64,000 nucleotides of DNA from Prevotella sp. (lineage in GTDB: Bacteria > Bacteroidota > Bacteroidia > Bacteroidales > Bacteroidaceae), in NCBI RefSeq assembly GCF_034103185.1, contig NZ_JAXEGG010000009.1; one strand, written 5' to 3'. Made by a program: the position numbers and the translations under genes. The notes under the pieces are model-generated. The model searched no databases. It was not told the DNA's origin and was given only the letters and a program-made list of their open reading frames with translations. Positions 38,056 through 48,022 of this stretch are shown piece by piece. The stretch's first letter is position 1, and each line of letters starts with the position of its first letter.

Positions 38056-39090
38056 ATGAAAAATAGAAGAACGGTATGCAACAGCATGCTTACATCGACG
38101 ATAATCATCGTCGCTACATACATTGTGTTTCAAGCTTTCTACAACTTGATAGCCTTCAAGTCGCTATTTCCTTATCAGGATATATACGACTTCAAGATAA
38201 GCGTGGCGAGCAACCTTGTCCCTGTGATTGTTCTTTTTGTCTTCAACTTCACCTTTGTGTTCCGAATAAACAGACTGCGGAACATCATCTATAAGATACT
38301 TGCCGACGTAACAATATCTTATCTCTTCCTCGTGGTGCTCAACTTCGTCTTCATCCTCATCATGCGAAAGCCCGACCCGTCAAGCATTGACTGGGCAGGA
38401 ACGATGTTCTGCAATACATTTATACTGATGGGAATGGAGATGTCGTTCTATATCCGGCACTATCAGAGCTCGTTGAGACAGGCGGAGGAGTATAAAAGAC
38501 GGGTGCTTATGTATCAGTATAACGCCCTGAAAGCACAGGTGAACCCACACTTTCTCTTCAATTCTCTCAACATTCTGTATTCGCTTATAGCGATAGACCA
38601 GAAGAAATCGCGGCATTTCGTGATGTCACTTTCCGACATGTATCGCTACATCATGACCCAACAAGACAAGGAAAGGGTGCCGCTGGAAGACGAACTCGGC
38701 TTCCTTGCGTCATACGTTGAGGTGCTGAAAATGAGATACTACAACCAATTCGACGTGAAGATAGAGGGCGCGGAACTCGTGAAAGACCAAGAGATAATTC
38801 CTTATACGCTGCAACTGCTCATGGAAAACGTAACGAAACATAACGTCATATCGCAGCGTTTCCCTCTGGAAGTGAGCATAAAAATCACGGAGAATGACAT
38901 AAGAGTGTCTAACCATATACGCACAAGACAGTCGGCATCGTCGTCGGGTATAGGACTGAGATATATCACCGAACTGTATCAACAGAACGGAAAAGACTTC
39001 GTATATACCAACGACGGCAACACCTTCGAGGCTGTAGTGCCCTATCTTGACAAAGAAAAAAGAACCGAACACTTACCGAAACCACTATAA
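38056..39090 (+). CDS. LytS-type sensor histidine kinase (His_kinase family)
   Basis: N-terminal TM helices; LKAQVNPHFLFNSLN; LQLLMENVTKHN; SGIGL. Confidence 0.9.
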   Translation: MKNRRTVCNSMLTSTIIIVATYIVFQAFYNLIAFKSLFPYQDIYDFKISVASNLVPVIVLFVFNFTFVFRINRLRNIIYKILADVTISYLFLVVLNFVFILIMRKPDPSSIDWAGTMFCNTFILMGMEMSFYIRHYQSSLRQAEEYKRRVLMYQYNALKAQVNPHFLFNSLNILYSLIAIDQKKSRHFVMSLSDMYRYIMTQQDKERVPLEDELGFLASYVEVLKMRYYNQFDVKIEGAELVKDQEIIPYTLQLLMENVTKHNVISQRFPLEVSIKITENDIRVSNHIRTRQSASSSGIGLRYITELYQQNGKDFVYTNDGNTFEAVVPYLDKEKRTEHLPKPL

Positions 39091-39092
39091 AT

Positions 39093-39854
39093 ATGAGATA
39101 TGCCATAATAGAAAACGAGCATTTCGCACTCGAAAGTCTTAAAAAGACTATTGCCATGTTGCGCCCCGACTATCAGTTTGTGTTCGCCTCCGAGTCGGTG
39201 GAAGACAGCATCGCGTATTTCAATTCACGCCCGGAGGTTGACCTCGTGTTCATGGACATAGAACTCGTTGACGGCAACTGCTTCGAGATTTTCAACGAGG
39301 TGCAGGTAGCCGTGCCCATAATATTCACCACGGCATACGATGAGTTCGCACTTCAGGCGTTCAAGGTGAACAGCGTGGATTATCTTCTCAAGCCCATACA
39401 TGAGGGCGACCTTGAGAAAGCTTTGCTGAAATACGAGCGCAACAGCACTGCCAAACCGATGGCTATCGACCTCTCAAGACTCTACGACAAGGTGGCAGAG
39501 AACTGGCAGAAGCAGCGCATACTGACCATTAGCGGCGACAGTTATTCCTACGTTGAGACGAATGATATAGCGTTCTTCGCAAGCGAGGATAAGTGTATTT
39601 TTGCCTACCGGAAAGGCGGAGGACGCCGACTCACCGAGATGACAAGCCTTTCAGAAGTGGAGAACATCGTCAGACGGCGCGAGTTTTTCAAACTCTCACG
39701 CGACATTGTGGTTCACATCTCCTCAATAGAGTCGGTCCGTAAGTTCTTCCACGGGCGTCTCTCAGTCACCGTAAAGGCCGGCGAGGAACAGCGCGATGTA
39801 GTGGTCAGCACTGCCAAAAGGAAAGAATTTCTCAACTGGCTCGGCGGGAAATGA
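39093..39854 (+). CDS. LytTR-family response regulator
   Basis: FMDIELVDG, IFTTAYDE, DYLLKP; C-terminal FFKLSRDIVV LytTR domain. Confidence 0.92.
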   Translation: MRYAIIENEHFALESLKKTIAMLRPDYQFVFASESVEDSIAYFNSRPEVDLVFMDIELVDGNCFEIFNEVQVAVPIIFTTAYDEFALQAFKVNSVDYLLKPIHEGDLEKALLKYERNSTAKPMAIDLSRLYDKVAENWQKQRILTISGDSYSYVETNDIAFFASEDKCIFAYRKGGGRRLTEMTSLSEVENIVRRREFFKLSRDIVVHISSIESVRKFFHGRLSVTVKAGEEQRDVVVSTAKRKEFLNWLGGK

Positions 39855-39996
39855 GCAACAACAAACCTGTCCTTGGGAAGAATAAGCATTGGTTTTTCCG
39901 TTGCGATACCGCTTGCGGACTATTATAACCCGTCTCATCATAGGTGAGCCATTGCTCGTTTGCCCATAAATACCACTACGGTTTCCCCATATTTTG

Positions 39997-42111
39997 CTAC
40001 TCCTGCGCTCCATCTGACAGCACCACCGAAAGGATTTCCTCGCCGTATTGCTCTGCCGATTTCTTTCCGAAGTAAGGGATAGCGATGAGTTCTTCGATTG
40101 TCTGCGGACTGTTGTTCGCTATCCCGATGAGGGCTTTCTGCTTTATTATGGTGTAGGGAGGGATTGCGAGTTCCACGCTCTTGTTCCACCGCCAACGGCG
40201 GAGAGCCTCGAAAAGTTTCTGATTTTTCACGTCGTCATTGTTCACTTCAGCCTTCTCCGCAGCACGTCTGCCGCCCCGGTTCCGCTTCTCCGGCTTCTCC
40301 GTTCTGCCGTCGAGAACACCGAGAGTAACCCTTTGCTTCAAACGCATGAACGTGGCAGGACTGAAACCGGCAATCGCCACCTCTTTCAGCATTGCCGTTT
40401 TCATCTCGTAAATCATGCACATGTCTGCCACGGCATCGTCGAAACGCTTTCTCACATGCTTGCTGTCGGTGTCGGCAACGGTGGCAGGGAGCAGGTCGCC
40501 GAGCACGTCTGTCACGGTGTTGAGGAAGTAAGTGGCACTGCGTTTCACACGTTCGGCAAACTGCGGAGCGAGGAGTTGTGAGCCGTTCATCCCTACGAAC
40601 ACTCCAATCCACTTGCGCGACACCTCCACAACCTTGTCTTCGATGTCCTTCCGAGCCTGTCTGTGGGCTGCCGCAAGTCGCGGATAAGACGACGAGAAAT
40701 GCTCCTCAAGCACCCGTGCGAGCTGGTTGTCGCTGCGCTGCAGGTCGCTGAAGTCGAACAGTTGGCGCAGTTGCTCTATGTGAAACTGCTCCTTCAGTGC
40801 CGGCAGCATGCTTATACTCTTCCGCGCTGCCTCGCCTTGCTGCGCGATGTAGCATCCCACCCGGCTGTCGTTCATTATGTTCTCCGGCACCACGGGCTTG
40901 GCAAGCACCAGTCCGGCGAGCGACTTACAGCGGCTCAGTGCCACATAAACCTGCCCTGCGGCAAACGAGAATGCGGCGTCTATTATGGCATGTTCGAAGG
41001 TGAGTCCCTGACTCTTGTGTATCGTTATCGCCCATGCAAGGCGCAGCGGCAGTTGCCTGAACACCCCCTGAACGATGCTCTCAATCTCTTTTGTCTTGTC
41101 GTTGAGTTCGTATTTCGCATTCTCCCACTCCATCGGTTCCACCTCAATCTCGCTGTCGTCGCCCGGACATGCCACGCTTACATGCCTCTCATCTATGCTC
41201 GTCACCCGCCCGATGCGCCCGTTGTAGAACCTCCCTGCGGGGTCGTTCTTTACGAACATCACCTGTGCCCCTTCCTTCAGTGTCAGTTCTACGTCTGTGG
41301 GATAGGCATATTCGGGGAACGTTCCCTCCACCTCTGCACTGAAACGATAGGGCTTCGAAGCAATACCGGAGAGTTCGTTCTCGTTGTATGAGTCGGCAAG
41401 GTTGTTGTGTGTGGTAAGTCGTATATAACCATCCTCGGGGCGAGGGTGGAACTCTGGTATGCAGCGTTGGTTGAGCAGTGCAATGTCTTGAGGCGTTACA
41501 TGCCCCTCGCGGATGTTGTTCAGCAGGGCGATGAACTCGGGGTCTTGCTGCCGATAGACGTGTTTCAGTTCGAGTGTTACATAAGGAGTCTGCATCAAAG
41601 CCTTCGAACCGAAGAAGTATGGTGTGTTGTAGTAAGCCTGCAGCAAGGCATGGTCGGTCGCCGTAACCACGGGAGTGAGTTGTTGCAAGTCGCCAATCAT
41701 GAGCAGTTGTACGCCACCGAAAGGTCGGTGCGGGTCGCGAAACCGGCGCATCACGCTGTCTATTGCGTCAAGCAAGTCGCTCCTCACCATAGATATTTCG
41801 TCGATAACCAGCAGGTCGAGCGTGCGCAGCAGTTTCTTCTTCTCTTTCGAAAAGTCGAATCGTTCCTTGTAATGCGCATTGGGAACGTATGGCGACAGTG
41901 GCAACTGAAAGAAGGAATGGATTGTCTGTCCGCCGGCATTTATCGCCGCGACACCCGTCGGAGCCACCAACGCCATGCGCTTAGGCGAGCGTTTTTTCAG
42001 CTCATGCAGAAATGTGGTCTTGCCCGTTCCCGCCTTCCCTGTCAGGAAAATGCTCACGCCGGTGTTCTCAACGAAGTCCCATGCCAGCAGCAATTCTCTG
42101 TTCTCTTCCAT
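39997..42111 (-). CDS. PIF1/RecD-like helicase with C-terminal HRDC domain
   Basis: GKAGTGKT, DEISM, GDLQQL, AITIHKSQGLTF, YVALSR; HRDC LFEALRRWR...PPYTI. Confidence 0.9.
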   Translation of the reverse strand: MEENRELLLAWDFVENTGVSIFLTGKAGTGKTTFLHELKKRSPKRMALVAPTGVAAINAGGQTIHSFFQLPLSPYVPNAHYKERFDFSKEKKKLLRTLDLLVIDEISMVRSDLLDAIDSVMRRFRDPHRPFGGVQLLMIGDLQQLTPVVTATDHALLQAYYNTPYFFGSKALMQTPYVTLELKHVYRQQDPEFIALLNNIREGHVTPQDIALLNQRCIPEFHPRPEDGYIRLTTHNNLADSYNENELSGIASKPYRFSAEVEGTFPEYAYPTDVELTLKEGAQVMFVKNDPAGRFYNGRIGRVTSIDERHVSVACPGDDSEIEVEPMEWENAKYELNDKTKEIESIVQGVFRQLPLRLAWAITIHKSQGLTFEHAIIDAAFSFAAGQVYVALSRCKSLAGLVLAKPVVPENIMNDSRVGCYIAQQGEAARKSISMLPALKEQFHIEQLRQLFDFSDLQRSDNQLARVLEEHFSSSYPRLAAAHRQARKDIEDKVVEVSRKWIGVFVGMNGSQLLAPQFAERVKRSATYFLNTVTDVLGDLLPATVADTDSKHVRKRFDDAVADMCMIYEMKTAMLKEVAIAGFSPATFMRLKQRVTLGVLDGRTEKPEKRNRGGRRAAEKAEVNNDDVKNQKLFEALRRWRWNKSVELAIPPYTIIKQKALIGIANNSPQTIEELIAIPYFGKKSAEQYGEEILSVVLSDGAQE

Positions 42112-42149
42112 CGTTCCTTTCCTTCTTCAGTGATTGCAAAGATAGCAAT

Positions 42150-42293
42150 TTATATCCTTTCGGCAAAGCAAAGGATGCCTAAAAGAGTCTCATCGGCATC
42201 ATGTAATAAAATAAAATCGCCGAAATTGAAGACCAAAATCGGCGAAATTACAAAGCAAAATCGGCGAAATTGGTCAGTAATTTCGCCGATTTT
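42150..42293 (-). repeat. Dispersed intergenic element, copy 3: 22-bp-period array plus tail overlapping the helicase promoter
   Basis: Units at 42213, 42235, 42257, 42279: aaaatcgccgaaatt, aaaatcggcgaaatt x2, aatttcgccgatttt; -7 box TATCTTTG at 42137-42144 (minus). Confidence 0.9.
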
Positions 42294-42308
42294 GCTGCGT
42301 GATACGTA

Positions 42309-43004
42309 TCAGAAGTTGACTCCAAAGGTGAGCATCACCGCGCTGTTTTTGCACTCATCGAAGTCGTCGTGACCGATGTTGGCAAGTCCGAGGTCGTAAG
42401 TGAGGTCGGCATAGAACATGTCTATACCCACGCCAACGCCCATTCTCAGACCGGCGTCGAGACGTTCGAAGGCACTGTCGTAGTCGCCGTCGAACGAACT
42501 ATATGCCTTGCGGTTGTTGTAGTTCTTTATTTTTCCCGACACTCCGCAGGCGAAATAGCCTCCGAAGAACGGCTGTATGGAGAACGTGTTGTCGATGTTA
42601 TAGGCATATTTCATCACGAACGGCAGTTCCACATAGCCGAGATTGTAGGTGAAGTCAAACGGAGCTTTCTTGTTCTTCCCGCCCTTCTCTATGTAGTATA
42701 GTCCCGACTCGAAGTAGAGCGGGGCGCGGTCGGTAAGCCCTACGCCAACGGCCAATCCCACGTTCAGCCCGGTCTTGGTCTTGCCTCCGTCTAAAAGATG
42801 ATTGTCGGAGTTCACGGTGGTGAATGCCGGACCAACCCTGAAGCCGTAGTAAACATCGCGATTGTTGTAATTACCGCGCGTTCTTCTGCCGTAATCCAGA
42901 CGCTGCGTGTTGCGGTTATAATACTTACTCCGTTTGTAGTTCTGTGCGTATGACGGCATCATAACCAATGCTGCCAATGCGATAGTTGCGATGATTTTCT
43001 TCAT
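42309..43004 (-). CDS. Outer-membrane beta-barrel (porin-family/OMP_b-brl) protein
   Basis: Signal peptide MKKIIATIALAA; YVELPFVMKY; DAGLRMGVGV; C-terminal TFGVNF; TATCTTTG box at 43037-43044. Confidence 0.85.
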   Translation of the reverse strand: MKKIIATIALAALVMMPSYAQNYKRSKYYNRNTQRLDYGRRTRGNYNNRDVYYGFRVGPAFTTVNSDNHLLDGGKTKTGLNVGLAVGVGLTDRAPLYFESGLYYIEKGGKNKKAPFDFTYNLGYVELPFVMKYAYNIDNTFSIQPFFGGYFACGVSGKIKNYNNRKAYSSFDGDYDSAFERLDAGLRMGVGVGIDMFYADLTYDLGLANIGHDDFDECKNSAVMLTFGVNF

Positions 43005-43411
43005 ATAAAAACGTTTTTTTAGTACTAAATACGGCGCAAAGATATTGTTTTTCGTGCAAACACCAAAGAGATAACCCCCATTTGTTGTAGGAAAATCCCT
43101 ACTTTTACAAAAAAGGAATACCTTCTTATTGATATATGAACACATGCAAACTTTGTTTTTGTGACAACAAAAAAATTGAACCAAAATCATTCATTATATA
43201 TCATTCTGACTGTGTTCTGTTATCTGTAAAATTGGTTTTAATTTTATCAAAGGCATAAAAGAACTCGCAAAGAGGAAGTGACAAAAAAATAATAAAAAAC
43301 GAACTATGGATGTAGATTAAATGTAACGATTATACAGAATATAAAACTTATGGTCAAAATTACAGATTATCGTTTAAATCATTGTAACTAATATTTGTTT
43401 ACTTCTTATTT

Positions 43412-44152
43412 TCATACACATTCTTTGTTCGTATATAATAGTCTTAGATTTGGCTGCAATATCCTAAAACCACTTCCATGATCATGAGTTCTTCCATTGG
43501 AATAACTCCCTATTCTTATATCAAACATAATCAACCCTTGGTCTAACAAGTCTAAAAAATTATCAAATGATGGTTCTGTATATATTTCTGCTTTATCGAA
43601 ATAAAAATATTCCTCACCACCTTCGTATTTTCTTTTTGCACTTACATAAAACAAATTGTTGAGCTTTCTTTTAAATGTATTTTCCAATACATTGTAGTTA
43701 TAGCCTACAGAATCATCCAAAAGATTATTATTATTTATGTCATACACACCTATCTTTATTGTTTTCTGCAGTCTGTCATTTATTAACTTAAAGGATAGTT
43801 TGCCGGCAAAAGTGTTGTAATTGTTGGCAAAAAGAGAAGTATGTAATTTGTTTAATCCCATTTTCTTCGGGTTATCATAAGGAACTCCGTATTTGGAATT
43901 TAAATATTTATTGGCACCTTTGGGAAATGAAGGAGATTTTGTAAACAATGTTATATATGAACAAGTTTCCTCTCTATGTGCCTTAATCTCGAAGCCTGCC
44001 AAATCCGGTTGGTCTGAATTATTTTCCAAAACACCGATATAATCTTCAAATGTTTTGCCTATGCCAGTATCATTTGTGCGCCTGCTTCTTACATATCCAA
44101 GTTTTTTCACTTCATGGAATTTTCGTATTATAAAGTCTTTGTTACTCTCCAT
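43412..44152 (-). CDS. MvaI/BcnI-family type II restriction endonuclease
   Basis: NDTGIGKTFEDYIGVLENN...PD...EIK...ITLFTKSP...HDHGSGFRI, the MvaI/BcnI PD-(D/E)xK pattern; AT-rich. Confidence 0.85.
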   Translation of the reverse strand: MESNKDFIIRKFHEVKKLGYVRSRRTNDTGIGKTFEDYIGVLENNSDQPDLAGFEIKAHREETCSYITLFTKSPSFPKGANKYLNSKYGVPYDNPKKMGLNKLHTSLFANNYNTFAGKLSFKLINDRLQKTIKIGVYDINNNNLLDDSVGYNYNVLENTFKRKLNNLFYVSAKRKYEGGEEYFYFDKAEIYTEPSFDNFLDLLDQGLIMFDIRIGSYSNGRTHDHGSGFRILQPNLRLLYTNKECV

Positions 44153-44426
44153 AAATTATTATTTTCTCAATTAAAGTATCTATTATGTTACCACTATTAA
44201 AATCATCTTCATCCAAGAAAATTTGTTCTATTCGTATTTTAAATACATTACATAAGGCATTTATTTGACTTAACGTGTATTTGTGAGGTCTATGTGGACT
44301 TTCAATATTACCAATCTGCCCATTACTTAAACCCAACACAGCCCCTAACTGCTGTTGACTATAACCATTATCCTGTCTTAATTTTCTCAATTTAAATATT
44401 ATTATTTGCTGATATTCTGATTTCAT
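44142..44426 (-). CDS. XRE-family HTH controller (C) protein
   Basis: LRKLRQDNGYSQQQLGAVLGLSNGQIGNIES; overlaps the start of the endonuclease gene by 11 bp. Confidence 0.85.
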   Translation of the reverse strand: MKSEYQQIIIFKLRKLRQDNGYSQQQLGAVLGLSNGQIGNIESPHRPHKYTLSQINALCNVFKIRIEQIFLDEDDFNSGNIIDTLIEKIIIYGE

Positions 44427-44545
44427 TGGCTATTTTTTAGTACATTTGCAGGCAAAATTATTCAATTTTAGCGCATTAAACGCTCTCATTTTGAAAGTAT
44501 TTTGTATCTTTGCATTATCATTATGAAAGTTATATGTAGTACAGT

Positions 44546-45784
44546 ATGTATAAAAGAGAAATAAATGACATGTGGAGCTTTAAAGAAGCAGACACGAAAG
44601 AGTACACCCATTGTTATCATACATATCCTGCAATGATGATTCCACAAGTGGCAAGAACTCTCATAAAGGAGTATCGACCGGAGGGAAAGTTAGATTTAAT
44701 ACTTGACCCTTATATGGGAAGTGGTACGACTTTAGTTGAGGCTTCATTAGCAGGGATAAATTCTGTTGGTACAGACTTAAACCCACTGGCAAGATTTATG
44801 ACCAGCGTAAAGACAAAGCACTACAACTATAATAATCTTTTAATGCAATTTCGGGAGATACAATCACATCTGATATTTTATTCAGAGAAAAATGTAAAAA
44901 TACGCAATTTCGATAGAATTTCTAATTACTCATTCTGGTACAATGAAGAAACTCTGATGAAATTATCATACTTGTCACAATTGATAGAGAATGTGGAAGA
45001 CAAAGATTTCTTTAATGTTGCTCTTTCTGAGACGATAAGAGAAGTGTCGTTTACACGTAAGGGTGAATTTAAAAGATACCGAATGAATGAAAGTAGCATC
45101 GCCAAATTCAACCCCGATACTTTCAATCTATTTGAAAAAAAAGTAGTAAGAAATTTGGAGGGATTAAACAGTTATAACAGTAAAGTCAATAAAGATGTTG
45201 CTGTCGGCATATATGGTTTTAATACAATAAATGGTATTCCCTCCGATATAATAAATGAAGGCGATATTGATATGGTCGTGACCTCGCCTCCTTATGGTGA
45301 CAGTAAAACTACTGTTGCTTATGGACAATTTTCAAGGTGGGCAAATGAATGGTTTTGTTTTGACAATGCAAAGAACTTAGATACTATTCTTATGGGGGGA
45401 AGTAAGGCAACTAAAGAAATCTTCAAAACAAACACTATTAGAAATATTTTAGATAAAATAGACCACTTAGAACATAAAAGATATCTGGAAGTAGTATCTT
45501 TTCTAAACGATTATTACCTATCAATCAAGAATGTATCAAAATCTGTTAGAAGCCGTGGTACTGTCTGTTATGTTGTGGGAGATAGGAGAGTTAAAGGTAT
45601 TCAGATACCATTGGATTACTTTACTGCTGAAATGTTTGAAACTTTTGGATTTAAACACGAAACCACAATAGTAAGAGAAATTCCAAATAAAAGAATGCCT
45701 TCTAAAACAAGTCCAACCAATAAAGTTGGAGAAAAAGTAAGTACTATGAGCAATGAATACATCGTAATACTTAATAAAAAGTAA
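44546..45784 (+). CDS. N4-cytosine DNA methyltransferase (M.MvaI-like)
   Basis: TKEYTHCYHTYPAMMIPQ, DPYMGSGTT (SAM motif I), VTSPPY (N4C motif IV); divergent from C-R; AT-rich. Confidence 0.88.
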   Translation: MYKREINDMWSFKEADTKEYTHCYHTYPAMMIPQVARTLIKEYRPEGKLDLILDPYMGSGTTLVEASLAGINSVGTDLNPLARFMTSVKTKHYNYNNLLMQFREIQSHLIFYSEKNVKIRNFDRISNYSFWYNEETLMKLSYLSQLIENVEDKDFFNVALSETIREVSFTRKGEFKRYRMNESSIAKFNPDTFNLFEKKVVRNLEGLNSYNSKVNKDVAVGIYGFNTINGIPSDIINEGDIDMVVTSPPYGDSKTTVAYGQFSRWANEWFCFDNAKNLDTILMGGSKATKEIFKTNTIRNILDKIDHLEHKRYLEVVSFLNDYYLSIKNVSKSVRSRGTVCYVVGDRRVKGIQIPLDYFTAEMFETFGFKHETTIVREIPNKRMPSKTSPTNKVGEKVSTMSNEYIVILNKK

Positions 45785-45869
45785 AGTATAAAAACCATAA
45801 CGGGATGAAATAAAATAATTAAAAGCAATGTCAGTAAAGACATTGCTTTTAATTTATGTAGGAAAATCC

Positions 45870-46889
45870 CTACTTTCTCTTGAACAATACCATTGCCACG
45901 ATGGGCGCGCCGACCAGTGCCGTGACCGAATTGATTGGCAAAGCACCCTCGAAACCGGGCATGCGGGCGATGATGTTGCAGACAAGGGCGAGGGCAGAAC
46001 CGGTGAGCATGGTTGCCGGCATGAGCACCCGGTGGTCGCCGGTGCGCCATATCGAACGGCAGAGATGCGGCACGGCAAGCCCGAGGAACATAATGGGTCC
46101 ACAATAGGCAGTGACGATTGCCACGAGCACACCGCTGCAACCGATTACCAGAAGGCGTGAACGGCGGATGTCAAGACCGAGGTTGCGTGCATAGTCTTCG
46201 CCCAAAAGGAGCAGGTTCATGGTCTTCACAAGGAGCATGGAAAGCGGTATCAGCACTGCCATCAGGGTTACAAAGAGCCACACCTGACCGGCAGAGACTC
46301 TCGAGAAGCTGCCCAGTCCCCATACCACGTATGCCCGGAGGTCTTCCTCGGCAGCAAAATATTTCAGCACACCGATTATCGCCGTTGCCACATATCCTAT
46401 CATAACGCCGATGATGAGGAGCGTCACGTTGCCCTTGACCCTCTGCGCCACATAGACAATCAGCGACATCACGGAGAGCGAACCGATGATTGCTCCCAAC
46501 GACAATGCCGCGTTCCCGGCTATGCCAAGGCTGCTCATCGCCACTCCTCCGATGCTTCCTGAGACGAGCACCATAAGTCCTACGCCGAGCGAAGCACCGT
46601 TGCTGATACCCAGCACCGACGGTCCTGCCAGCGGATTGTGGAACACCGTCTGCATCTGCAGACCCGATATGGCGAGTCCGGCACCGGCAACCATAGCGGT
46701 GAGTGCCTGCGGCAGGCGCGATTTCATTATGATGTTCTGCCACACCATTGAGCTGTCGTCGCCTCCGGTGAGAATGTCCCACACGTCGGCAATGGGTATT
46801 TTCACCGTTCCGAGCATCAGGTTGACGAAGAACATTGCCACGATGACGAGCATCATAAGCAGGAAGAAACGGAAGTTTTTTTTACTCAT
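45870..46889 (-). CDS. btuC: FecCD/BtuC-family ABC permease
   Basis: RLPQALTAM, MQTVFHNPLAGPSVLGISNGA, GEDYARNLG, GPIMFLGLAVPH. Confidence 0.85.
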   Translation of the reverse strand: MSKKNFRFFLLMMLVIVAMFFVNLMLGTVKIPIADVWDILTGGDDSSMVWQNIIMKSRLPQALTAMVAGAGLAISGLQMQTVFHNPLAGPSVLGISNGASLGVGLMVLVSGSIGGVAMSSLGIAGNAALSLGAIIGSLSVMSLIVYVAQRVKGNVTLLIIGVMIGYVATAIIGVLKYFAAEEDLRAYVVWGLGSFSRVSAGQVWLFVTLMAVLIPLSMLLVKTMNLLLLGEDYARNLGLDIRRSRLLVIGCSGVLVAIVTAYCGPIMFLGLAVPHLCRSIWRTGDHRVLMPATMLTGSALALVCNIIARMPGFEGALPINSVTALVGAPIVAMVLFKRK

Positions 46890-48022
46890 TCTATCAGTTT
46901 ATAGTATTTCGGGGTATGGTCTTTCAACACTTCGGGGTGGAAAGCTTTGATGAAGTCTTTCAGCAGAATGTCCGGCTCCATAGCCGAGAGTTCGTTGAGC
47001 GGTGTATTGTTTATGTCGCAGCACACCACCTTTTTCTGCTTAAACGCCTTGAAGTCGGCATAGCGCGGGTCTTCTTCCGCGTGCAAGGCATAGGAAAAAG
47101 GCTCCTTCTCCTTGTTCTGTATTATCCAGAAATCGGCGTTCTCAGCCTTCGAATAAACCACCTCAAAGTCTATAAAAACTCCTCCTGTGCGCTCATCGTC
47201 GAGCATGAAATACTGCCCCGCGGCATCATCCACTATCTCTGCGATGAAACTCTTGCCGCCCATAGCATACCAGTTGTCGCCGTGCATCTTCCCGTAAAGC
47301 ACCCACGGCATCGTCTCATACTTGGGAAGCATCGCCTTGGTGTTGTTGTAGTTGCGCTCCACTTCTGCGAAAATGGCGTTTGCCTCGGCTGTCTTGCCTG
47401 TGAGAAGTCCCACAAACTTTATCCATTCTGCCTGTGCAAGGGGCGACACTTCCTCATATCCCATGTATGGAACAAGCGGCGAACCGGTGTCGCGGAGTTT
47501 GTCGAATCCTCCGCGTTTCGACAGCGATATGAGTATCACATCGGGCTGCACTGCCATTACCAGTTCCTCGTCGAAGTTTCCTTCCTTGCCAATCTTCAGG
47601 ATGCGTTTGTCCTTGATGCGCTGTTTCAGGTCTTTGTCGAAGAGTCGTTTTGCACTCGCAATAGCCTTAACGAAGTCGAGAGCACCGAGTTTTATGAACC
47701 CTCCGAGCTGCTGTGTCGTCATGCAGATTACGCTCTTCACCGGTGTTTCTATCACTGTGTAGCCTGCCGGTATTCCGTCGGGCGATGTTCCGCGTGGCAC
47801 GAGTGCAAAGCGATGAACCGCCGAGGTGTCTGCTCCCTGCGGATTTTTTATCTCCAACAGCCGGAAGCCTTGTTTCTCTTCCACGCTAAACCCCTGTGCA
47901 TATTTCAGACTAACTCTTGCCGTGTCGTTACCGTTTTCGGCATTGCCATTGCCGTTGCCTGTTGTCCTGCCGCATCCCACAAGTAATGCTGCGAGGAATG
48001 AGAAGATGATGATTTTCTTCAT
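46886..48022 (-). CDS. btuF: ABC substrate-binding lipoprotein (BtuF/Fe-siderophore type)
   Basis: LLVGC lipobox; IKYAQGF-like motif (LKYAQGF); E..PLAQAEWIKF; EPDILLKD. Confidence 0.8.
   Translation of the reverse strand: MKKIIIFSFLAALLVGCGRTTGNGNGNAENGNDTARVSLKYAQGFSVEEKQGFRLLEIKNPQGADTSAVHRFALVPRGTSPDGIPAGYTVIETPVKSVICMTTQQLGGFIKLGALDFVKAIASAKRLFDKDLKQRIKDKRILKIGKEGNFDEELVMAVQPDVILISLSKRGGFDKLRDTGSPLVPYMGYEEVSPLAQAEWIKFVGLLTGKTAEANAIFAEVERNYNNTKAMLPKYETMPWVLYGKMHGDNWYAMGGKSFIAEIVDDAAGQYFMLDDERTGGVFIDFEVVYSKAENADFWIIQNKEKEPFSYALHAEEDPRYADFKAFKQKKVVCCDINNTPLNELSAMEPDILLKDFIKAFHPEVLKDHTPKYYKLIE

Noticed and set aside
43412-44152. BcnI-like (CCSGG) specificity for the endonuclease
   Set aside because: CCCGG/CCGGG is frequent throughout the window, whereas CCWGG is nearly absent.
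39997-45784. Helicase-HRDC gene as part of the R-M defence island
   Set aside because: Host-like GC and codon usage, separated by an OMP gene, and a common Bacteroidales core gene.
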